Shown here: positions 1-5,333 of the stretch, piece after piece
Position numbering within the stretch: the first letter of the stretch is position 1
Layout: every line of letters begins with the position of its first letter
Origin: a virus
Lineage: Duplodnaviria > Heunggongvirae > Uroviricota > Caudoviricetes
Strand: one strand, 5' to 3'
DNA: 5,333 nt
Virus record (IMG/VR): IMGVR_UViG_2548876863_000010
Coordinates: 1 to 5,333 of that record
Made by a program: the position numbers and the translations under genes
The notes under the pieces: model-generated
Databases searched by the model: none
What the model saw: only the letters and a program-made list of their open reading frames with translations
What the model was told of the DNA's origin: nothing

Positions 1-557
1 ATCCTGTTTACCTCTTTCTCAGGGAGTTTAGTCTCCAGGATTCCCGGGGCGGTTCATCGCGCCCTCAACAATGAGTTTTGTGATGCGGTGCCTGGTGCCT
101 CCAGGTGACGTTAACCAGTTAACAATTAACGCCGGATACAGAGAATCCACCCATAACACTGTTTTTGGTTTTAACTGTTCCGCGTGCGCTTAGCCGCATT
201 CACCGCATCACAAAATTCACTTTAAAAAGGGCGGCAGAGCAGTCACGGAGTAAAACTGATACCGCCAAACGTCACCAGAAAATTGATAACAGAGGGCGTT
301 GCAGCGGGGTTGTCACTTAAGCGTATGGTCAACCTGACAACCCGGTGTCCTCAAGGGGAAGGAATAACCCCGCCATACTTACCGCCGCGCCATTTCGCGG
401 AGTGCCACAACCGGAAGCGCACGTTCGAAGAAATCTAACGACAAGCCTTCTAAGGGAAAGAGCTTCGCCGTACGCTTTCGCGTTATGCCCTGACTTTTCA
501 GGGAAATATCCTTTCAGTAAACTGTCAGTACCGGATTCTTATCCGTGTCCGGCGCAC

Positions 558-591
558 GACCACACGTGACAGCGTGTTGGTCTCCATTTTT
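558..591 (+). terminator. Possible intrinsic terminator (imperfect hairpin plus T-run)
   Basis: GACCACACG (558-566), 6-nt loop, CGTGTTGGTC (573-582), then TTTTT at 587-591, just upstream of the 618 ORF. The stem is imperfect (needs a bulge). Confidence 0.25.
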
Positions 592-617
592 AACCCAGAA
601 CCTCAATGGAGGATAAA

Positions 618-827
618 ATGCCAAACAAAAAAAGAAATCCGCTTATTGAAAAACAGATTGAATGCCTGGTAAATCAACTCAGGCAATCAGGGTTATTAAA
701 AACTCATTCAGAGTTGAGGCTCACAGAATCAGCATTCGACGATAAATTAAATAATGTCCTTTATAATGGCATTATTGATTTTAATCGTTCTGTTGGTCGC
801 CGCGGCCCTGCTGGTGTTTCCTTATAA
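618..827 (+). CDS. Hypothetical small protein (69 aa from ATG 618; track ORF starts at 606)
   Basis: ORF 606-827 in the track. ATG 618 is preceded by GGAGG (608-612) at 5-nt spacing; ATG 606 has no SD. AT-rich. The C-terminal 13 aa (RSVGRRGPAGVSL) look like off-frame translation of a hydrophobic segment encoded in the +1 frame (see findings). Convergent with and abutting the 216-aa gene (stop 825-827 vs stop 828-830). Confidence 0.35.
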   Translation: MPNKKRNPLIEKQIECLVNQLRQSGLLKTHSELRLTESAFDDKLNNVLYNGIIDFNRSVGRRGPAGVSL

Positions 828-1478
828 TTACCAGTCAATCCAGAGTGGACCGTGTTCAGCGTAAATATAACTGTACACATCCAGATTATATTTGTGGTCT
901 GTTAAGAACAGGCCGCAAATACATGCCGAAGCTTCCAGTGCAGCGGCTCTGTTACTGAATAACCATGTAGCAACATTCCAGCGTTTTTCTGCATCCCAGT
1001 CTTTCTCAAGGCCTGATACCATGAAGAAACCGTTAGTGTTGCCATCAAATAATTCTGTTTCCAAATTTTTAAGCAATGCCTGATGGACTCTTGCCAGGTA
1101 TTCCGCCGGAATTTCGCCACGAATTCTGATGAGATTGTCATAAACAAACATGTTCCCCGCATATGGCGATTTTTCTTTCTTGTTTTTTAAACCAGCATCA
1201 TGAGCAAACTGATCAATTTCTTCTTCCGTTGGTTTCGTATTGATGTTTTGCGCTGTCGTTTCTGCAATTTTATTTGCCACACTCTCTGAGTCGTGTTTAT
1301 TTATAGACGCACAGAAATACAATCCGGTAAACGCATCGCGCACATTACGAGCCATATTATCAGTGTCTTTTTTCGTTACCGATTCCAATTCAAGTTCGTT
1401 CAGACGATGACGAAGTGTGTGTGCTGCAATCTCCTGGATTGAAGGAGGTAAATCTTTAAATTCCATCGTCAACCTCAT
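828..1478 (-). CDS. Hypothetical protein, 216 aa (212 aa if started at internal ATG 1466..1464); no recognisable domain
   Basis: Longest ORF in an AT-rich block. The internal ATG (codon 5) has GAGG 6 nt upstream. The first ATG overlaps the TGA stop of the upstream 50-aa ORF by 1 nt, suggesting translational coupling. Charged, soluble-looking, non-repetitive sequence with no Walker, HxH or HTH motif that I can see. Confidence 0.7.
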   Translation of the reverse strand: MRLTMEFKDLPPSIQEIAAHTLRHRLNELELESVTKKDTDNMARNVRDAFTGLYFCASINKHDSESVANKIAETTAQNINTKPTEEEIDQFAHDAGLKNKKEKSPYAGNMFVYDNLIRIRGEIPAEYLARVHQALLKNLETELFDGNTNGFFMVSGLEKDWDAEKRWNVATWLFSNRAAALEASACICGLFLTDHKYNLDVYSYIYAEHGPLWIDW

Positions 1479-1630
1479 CAGTCAGTGTTTCTGGCTAACC
1501 AGCGACGCGCGCCAGCTTCAGTTTTAAACGTTTTGCTTTTGGTATACGTCATCGCGGTGAACGTACCGTCCTGGTTGGGGAACACGCCACATACCAGAGA
1601 TTCGTTGTTGCCAAGATTGAGCGTATCCAT
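1478..1630 (-). CDS. Small conserved prophage protein, 50 aa (MDTLNLGNNESLVCGVFPNQDGTFTAMTYTKSKTFKTEAGARRWLARNTD); possibly YdaF-like
   Basis: Not in the ORF track because it is under 60 aa. ATG at 1630..1628 is preceded by GAGG at 6-nt spacing; stop TGA at 1480..1478. It is the first gene behind the PL-like promoter. The resemblance to the ~50-aa YdaF/DUF1391 prophage family is recalled from memory and unverified. Confidence 0.55.
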   Translation of the reverse strand: MDTLNLGNNESLVCGVFPNQDGTFTAMTYTKSKTFKTEAGARRWLARNTD

Positions 1631-1703
1631 GTTGACCTCATTTGCCCTTAACGCCGGGGGGCGGAACTAAGACCTGTCGCACCGTTGTGCTTTGATGGGA
1701 TAT

Positions 1704-1732
1704 ATTGTTCTCTTAAGATGAACATATGTCAA
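1704..1732 (-). promoter_or_regulatory. PL-like early-left promoter with embedded inverted-repeat operator candidate
   Basis: On the minus strand: TTGACA (1732..1727), 17-nt spacer, AACAAT (1709..1704). The spacer contains TGTTC-N9-GAACA (1724..1706). The module is about 80 percent identical to the PR-like module at 2234-2262. Confidence 0.45.
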
Positions 1733-1753
1733 CATTGTGAATGCGCAAGAGGC

Positions 1754-1785
1754 AAAAAAAACCGCCTTCCGGCGGTATTGTTTTG
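1754..1785 (-). terminator. Rho-independent terminator downstream of the repressor gene (hairpin flanked by A-run and T-rich tract, so possibly bidirectional)
   Basis: CCGCC (1762-1766), loop TTCC, GGCGG (1771-1775). On the minus strand the hairpin is followed by 8 T (complement of the A-run 1754-1761), 22 nt past the repressor stop. On the + strand it is followed by TATTGTTTTG. Confidence 0.65.
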
Positions 1786-1797
1786 TAAAATAAAGAA

Positions 1798-2187
1798 TTA
1801 TTTTTGTCGCGTTATTGGGTCAACGTATTCTGAGTAAAATTCGGTCAGTTTTTGAAGGCGCATTTGAAAAGCTGCCAGCATATTTCTACGCTCTACAGGT
1901 GGCAGGTTTCTGTAAACATCAAGCAGGGCTTTCTCATCATCATCAAGCGCCTCTCTGTTTGTATCTTCTTTTCCTGTCAGTAGCCAGGAAAGGGAAACAT
2001 TTGTCGCTTCTGCAATTTTGGCTGCGGAATCTTTACTGATTGTCCCTCTTTTTTTCCAGGCGTTGACTGATGAGCGTCCTACACCAGCGATGCGCGCTAA
2101 ATCTGAACCGCTTAAATGATGCTGTTGCGAGATCGTATCTAACCTTTCTGCCAGCGGGGTGTCGTATTGCTTTTTTCTCATGTCCAT
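1798..2187 (-). CDS. Prophage repressor, DicA-like XRE-family HTH protein without a peptidase S24 domain (129 aa)
   Basis: HTH segment LSGSDLARIAGVGRSSVNAWKKRG...NVSLSWLLTG. The short acidic/helical C-terminal tail resembles the DicA architecture (from memory). Divergent from the cro-like gene. No SD; TATAAT sits 6 nt upstream of the ATG. Confidence 0.85.
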   Translation of the reverse strand: MDMRKKQYDTPLAERLDTISQQHHLSGSDLARIAGVGRSSVNAWKKRGTISKDSAAKIAEATNVSLSWLLTGKEDTNREALDDDEKALLDVYRNLPPVERRNMLAAFQMRLQKLTEFYSEYVDPITRQK

Positions 2188-2193
2188 TTAGCA

Positions 2194-2222
2194 ATTATAA
2201 CCGTTCAGTGAACACTAACAAT
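2194..2222 (-). promoter_or_regulatory. Repressor maintenance promoter (PRM-like), likely producing a leaderless mRNA
   Basis: On the minus strand: TATAAT at 2199..2194, then 6 nt (TGCTAA), then ATG at 2187..2185. A weak -35 candidate TTGTTA lies around 2221..2216. The palindrome GTTCAgTGAAC (2203-2213) sits in the spacer. Confidence 0.45.
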
Positions 2223-2233
2223 TCCTCGTAGTG

Positions 2234-2262
2234 TTGACTTATGTTCTCTTTAAGTGAACAAT
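2234..2262 (+). promoter_or_regulatory. PR-like early-right promoter with embedded inverted-repeat operator candidate
   Basis: TTGACT (2234-2239), 17-nt spacer, AACAAT (2257-2262). The spacer contains TGTTC-N9-GAACA (2242-2260). GGAGG at 2281-2285 precedes the cro-like ATG at 2290. Confidence 0.5.
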
Positions 2263-2289
2263 GTTGTGGCTGATTGAATTGGAGGTTGT

Positions 2290-2565
2290 ATGACAGCATT
2301 GGACAAGGCAATAAAGATTGCTGGTGGTATTCGTCCGCTAGGGCGTGCAATAGGGGCTTGGCCGTCTCAAATACACAAATGGGCAAATGAATACAATGGT
2401 CGAGTGCCGACAGGGGAGCGGGTTCGTCAAATTTATATTGCAACTGGGGTGACTCCTCATGAATTGCGACCAGATTTATATCCGAATCCAACCGACGGGT
2501 TGCCTGCTGGAGATAAGGCTAACACACAAAATACACCGGAGTTGATTCATGAAAATCAAGCATGA
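2290..2565 (+). CDS. Cro-like / YdaS-family HTH DNA-binding protein (91 aa)
   Basis: First gene rightward of the repressor. Strong SD (GGAGG). HTH-like segment ...GGIRPLGRAIGAWPSQIHKWAN.... Overlaps the next gene by 17 nt. Confidence 0.85.
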   Translation: MTALDKAIKIAGGIRPLGRAIGAWPSQIHKWANEYNGRVPTGERVRQIYIATGVTPHELRPDLYPNPTDGLPAGDKANTQNTPELIHENQA

Positions 2566-2974
2566 ACACATCCGCATGGCGATGAATGCTTGGGCGTATC
2601 CGGACGGTGAGAAAGTACCTGCAGCTGAAATAGCTCGGGCTTATTTCGAACTGGGGATGACGTTCCCGGAACTTTACGACGACAGCCATCCGGAAGCCCT
2701 GGCCCGTAATACCCAGAAAATTTTCCGCTGGGTGGAGAAGGACACGTCTGATGCTATTGAAAAAATTCAGGCGTTGTTACCGGCGATCGAAAAGGCGATG
2801 CCGCCTTTGCTGGTGGCCCGTATGCGCAGTCACAGTTCTGAGTATTACCGGGAGATTGTCGAACGGCGAGATCGGCTGGTGAAGGATGTCGATGATTTTG
2901 TTGCGTCAGCGGTCGTTTTATATGACCAGATAAATCGCGGCGGCCCGGCAGGGAATGCTGTGGTGATGCACTAA
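2549..2974 (+). CDS. YdaT-like prophage regulatory protein (cII-position protein; historically annotated as a toxin domain), 141 aa
   Basis: N-terminus MKIKHEHI... is typical of YdaT-family proteins in Rac-type prophages (from memory). GGAG lies 7 nt upstream. Operon position is between the cro-like gene and the replication gene. Confidence 0.8.
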   Translation: MKIKHEHIRMAMNAWAYPDGEKVPAAEIARAYFELGMTFPELYDDSHPEALARNTQKIFRWVEKDTSDAIEKIQALLPAIEKAMPPLLVARMRSHSSEYYREIVERRDRLVKDVDDFVASAVVLYDQINRGGPAGNAVVMH

Positions 2975-2996
2975 AAGCACGGTGTTCGGGGGTTTT

Positions 2997-3950
2997 ATGA
3001 GCAGCAAGCTTCATGGTCTTGTCTGGGAAGGGTGCGCCTTCACCGGCATGATCTTATCCAGGGTGGCAGTTATGGCCCGTCTTGCAGACTACAGCAATGA
3101 CGAGGGCGTGTCATGGCCTGCTATTGAAACTATCCGGCGTCAGATCGGTGCAAGAAGTGAATCCACCGTTAAATCTGCTATTGCAGAACTGGCGAAAGAG
3201 GGCTGGCTGACGAAGGAAGAGCGTAAGGTCGGTGGGCGTAATGTAAGCAATATCTATCGGCTTAATGTGGAAAAACTTGAAGCAGCTGCAGCGGCGGCGC
3301 GTGAGGCATATAAACCAAAAAGAAAAATTAGCCTGGCAAAAAATGACCCGTCAAATATTGACCCCTCAACGGTTGGCCCGTCAAATTTTGATGGATCAAC
3401 TGTTGATAAAAAACTGCCGATTAGGGGGGCGATGATTGACCCCGATCCGTCAGTATTAAAACCTGAACCGTCAGATAAAAGATCTTCTTGTCCGGACGTT
3501 TCACTGCCGGACGAAAAACAATCATCACCGGTTGAGCGATTTCTGGAGAAACACCCGGATGCGCATACCTGGAATGTCCCGAAGCGACAGTGGGGAACCC
3601 GGGAGGATTTGACGTGTGCACAGTGGATCTGGGGACGGGTTGTTGCGTTGTATGAACAGGCCGCCAGTGATGATGGGGAGGTATCACGCCCCAGAGAGCC
3701 TAACTGGACGACCTGGGCGAATGATGTGCGCATGATGCGTATGCTGGATGGACGTAGTCACCGACAGATTTGTGAAATGTTTGGGCGTGTTCAGCGGGAT
3801 TCGTTCTGGGTAAAAAACATCATGAGTCCGGCAAAACTCCGGGAAAAATGGGATGAACTGGTTATTCGCCTGGGGCGTTCGCCCGCGCAGCGTTGCGTGA
3901 ATCATATTTCTGAACCGGATACCGAAATTCCGCCTGGTTTCAGGGGGTAG
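2997..3950 (+). CDS. Phage replication initiation protein (N-terminal winged-helix DNA-binding domain; YdaU/O-like); alternative GTG start at 2982
   Basis: The track ORF starts at GTG 2982. ATG 2997 is preceded by GGGGG at 5-nt spacing and does not overlap the upstream stop at 2972-2974. N-terminal HTH-like region; central DPS/GPS repeat linker encoded by 15-bp tandem repeats (iterons). Immediately followed by the DnaC-like gene. Confidence 0.85.
   Translation: MSSKLHGLVWEGCAFTGMILSRVAVMARLADYSNDEGVSWPAIETIRRQIGARSESTVKSAIAELAKEGWLTKEERKVGGRNVSNIYRLNVEKLEAAAAAAREAYKPKRKISLAKNDPSNIDPSTVGPSNFDGSTVDKKLPIRGAMIDPDPSVLKPEPSDKRSSCPDVSLPDEKQSSPVERFLEKHPDAHTWNVPKRQWGTREDLTCAQWIWGRVVALYEQAASDDGEVSRPREPNWTTWANDVRMMRMLDGRSHRQICEMFGRVQRDSFWVKNIMSPAKLREKWDELVIRLGRSPAQRCVNHISEPDTEIPPGFRG
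3344..3403. repeat. Four tandem 15-bp iteron-like direct repeats inside the replication gene (candidate phage origin)
   Basis: TGACCCGTCAAATAT / TGACCCCTCAACGGT / TGGCCCGTCAAATTT / TGATGGATCAACTGT. Degenerate CCGTCAG-containing copies follow at about 3437-3475. An A-rich tract precedes (3311-3343) and a short one follows (3404-3412). Confidence 0.6.
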
Positions 3951-3956
3951 CGCACC

Positions 3957-4697
3957 ATGAAAAACATTACGTCAGGTGGTGTTCTGGCAAGAGTCAGCAG
4001 ATTTGTGCCGCAGGATGCAATCCCTCCGTACCGTACGGTGGCGGAGTGGCGGGAATGGCAGCTTGCTGAAGGGCGTAAGCGAAGCGAGGAGGTTAATCGT
4101 CTGAATCATCAGACGCGGGTTGAAAAAATCATTAACCGCTCCGGTATCCAGCCGCTTCACCGGAAGTGTACGTTCGGTAACTACCGGGTGCAGAACGATG
4201 GTCAGCGCCATGCCCTGAGTCAGGCGAAATCCATTGCGGCAGAGCTGGAAGGCGGCTGTACGAATTTTGTTTTCAGTGGCAGGCCTGGCACAGGAAAAAA
4301 CCACCTGGCGGCGGCTATTGGCAACCACCTTCTGGCGAAAGGTCGCAGTGTGATTGTGATAACAGTGGCGGATGTGATGCTGGCGTTACATGGCAGCTAC
4401 GACAACAAAAACTCGGGCGAAAAATTTTTGCAGGGATTGTGTGGCGTTGACCTGCTGGTACTGGATGAAATTGGCATGCAACGGGATACGCGTAATGAGC
4501 AGGTCACGCTGAATCAGATTGTTGACCGCAGAACGGCATCGTTACTCAGTGTGGGGATGCTGACAAATCTTAACCATGCAGCGATGAATACACTTCTCGG
4601 CGAGCGGGTGATGGACCGCATGTCCATGAACGGTGGTCGCTGGGTGACGTTTAACTGGGAGAGCTGGCGTCCGAACGTCAGCCAGCACAGGAACTGA
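3957..4697 (+). CDS. DnaC-like replicative helicase loader (AAA+ ATPase, IstB/DnaC family), prophage paralog, 246 aa
   Basis: Walker [16 protein letters not shown] and Walker B LLVLDEIG. Near-collinear resemblance to E. coli DnaC along its length ([54 protein letters not shown]), from memory. Confidence 0.95.
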   Translation: MKNITSGGVLARVSRFVPQDAIPPYRTVAEWREWQLAEGRKRSEEVNRLNHQTRVEKIINRSGIQPLHRKCTFGNYRVQNDGQRHALSQAKSIAAELEGGCTNFVFSGRPGTGKNHLAAAIGNHLLAKGRSVIVITVADVMLALHGSYDNKNSGEKFLQGLCGVDLLVLDEIGMQRDTRNEQVTLNQIVDRRTASLLSVGMLTNLNHAAMNTLLGERVMDRMSMNGGRWVTFNWESWRPNVSQHRN

Positions 4698-4726
4698 GAA
4701 GTAATTTTTATCCGGAGGAAGTTTTA

Positions 4727-5333
4727 ATGGAAACCGTATTGCATGCACTGAAAGCGATGGGTAAAGCCAATTCTGTTGAACTGGCGGCGCGGCTTGATAT
4801 CAGCCGTGAAGAAGTTCTCAACGAACTGTGGGAACTCAAAAAAAATGGCGTTGTTGATAAAACGGGTCACACCTGGTTTCTGGCTGGTGAAGGTGAATCC
4901 GGGGTAACCGAAGAACAGCCAGCACAGTCTGAAGTACCGGATGTGCTGACCGGGGAGGTCGAACAAAAAGTTACTGCGGACATGATGATTGAGTTTATCT
5001 GTCAGGATGGGGCTAAAACGTGTGAGGAACTGGCGGATAAGTTCGGTGTTAGCATTCGCAAGGTTGCTTCCACGTTGGCGGTCGTAACAGCAACGGGGAG
5101 CCTGGCACGCGTAAATCAGAACGGTAAATTTCGTTACTGCATACCGGGCGCTGATTTACCGGCAGAGCCGGAAGCTGCATCGGTAACGGAAACCGATGGT
5201 AAAGCCTTTCCTCAGCCAACAGGTGTTGCGTTACCAGTCCGGGAAGCGGAAACACAGGAAGAAATAAAAACTGAAAGTGTGGCGGTCACAGTGCAGTCAC
5301 AGCCGTTGTTCACCAGAAAACATCCGGATGGTC
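4727..5333 (+). CDS. Hypothetical prophage protein, 3'-partial (runs off the window), with two winged-helix-like repeats
   Basis: ATG 4727 is preceded by GGAGGAA at 6-nt spacing. The frame is open to the end of the window (over 200 codons), which is why it is absent from the ORF track. Two similar ~40-aa segments ([28 protein letters not shown]... and [31 protein letters not shown]...). Confidence 0.75.
   Translation, partial: METVLHALKAMGKANSVELAARLDISREEVLNELWELKKNGVVDKTGHTWFLAGEGESGVTEEQPAQSEVPDVLTGEVEQKVTADMMIEFICQDGAKTCEELADKFGVSIRKVASTLAVVTATGSLARVNQNGKFRYCIPGADLPAEPEAASVTETDGKAFPQPTGVALPVREAETQEEIKTESVAVTVQSQPLFTRKHPDG

Noticed and set aside
536-547. DnaA-box-like TTATCCGTG
   Set aside because: Only a partial match to TTATCCACA and isolated; no cluster of boxes.
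345-569. 74-aa + strand ORF from the track
   Set aside because: Arg/Pro/Gly/Ser-rich junk-like translation with no ribosome-binding site; more consistent with non-coding or decayed sequence.
897-917. Short inverted repeat GGTCTGTT-aag-AACAGGCC
   Set aside because: Lies inside coding sequence and is not followed by a T-run on either strand, so it is unlikely to be a terminator.
892-1162. Track ORFs 892-1083 (+) and 902-1162 (-) inside the 216-aa gene
   Set aside because: Shadow ORFs within or antisense to the longer 828-1478 reading frame; no start signals.
1485-1670. 61-aa + strand ORF
   Set aside because: Antisense to the 50-aa minus-strand ORF, which has a proper SD and sits behind the PL-like promoter; the + strand product is low-complexity.
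1815-2491. Track ORFs 1815-2039 (+) and 2195-2491 (-)
   Set aside because: Antisense shadows of the repressor and cro-like genes, whose HTH motifs and expression signals identify the true frames.
2808-2815. Chi site GCTGGTGG on the + strand
   Set aside because: Chi octamers are common in E. coli-type DNA; a single copy inside a coding region is not informative.
2754-3905. Minus-strand ORFs 2754-3014, 3254-3733, 3421-3687 and 3684-3905
   Set aside because: All are nested antisense to the YdaT-like and replication-initiator genes; compositions are Pro/Ser/Arg/His-rich as expected for off-frame reading of GC-rich coding DNA.
3972-5255. Minus-strand ORFs 3972-4328, 4542-4748, 4724-4966 and 5049-5255
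   Set aside because: Antisense to the DnaC-like gene and the downstream winged-helix gene, both of which are strongly supported.
1-5333. CRISPR array, tRNA/rRNA genes, integrase or transposase, att sites
   Set aside because: No repeat-spacer periodicity, no cloverleaf-like or rRNA-like segments, and no recombinase-like ORFs in any frame; the only tandem repeats are the 15-bp iterons inside the replication gene.

Overview
This window looks like the immunity and early-replication region of an enterobacterial (E. coli-like) lambdoid prophage of the Rac/Qin type; all protein-family assignments are from reading the translations and from memory, not from a search. Left to right: about 600 bp with no convincing ORF; a small + strand ORF (618-827) convergent with an AT-rich leftward two-gene cassette (a 50-aa ORF at 1478-1630 and a 216-aa protein of unknown function at 828-1478) behind a PL-like promoter; a strong intrinsic terminator; a leftward DicA-like HTH repressor (1798-2187) that appears to be leaderless; a divergent PR-like promoter that shares a ~30-bp promoter/operator module with PL; then rightward Cro/YdaS-like, YdaT-like, an iteron-containing replication initiator, a DnaC-like helicase loader, and the 5' part of a tandem winged-helix protein running off the window. 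No tRNA, rRNA, CRISPR array, integrase or transposase was seen. The most interesting items are the unassignable 216-aa cassette in the PL-proximal slot and a hidden hydrophobic mini-ORF overlapping its 3' end.
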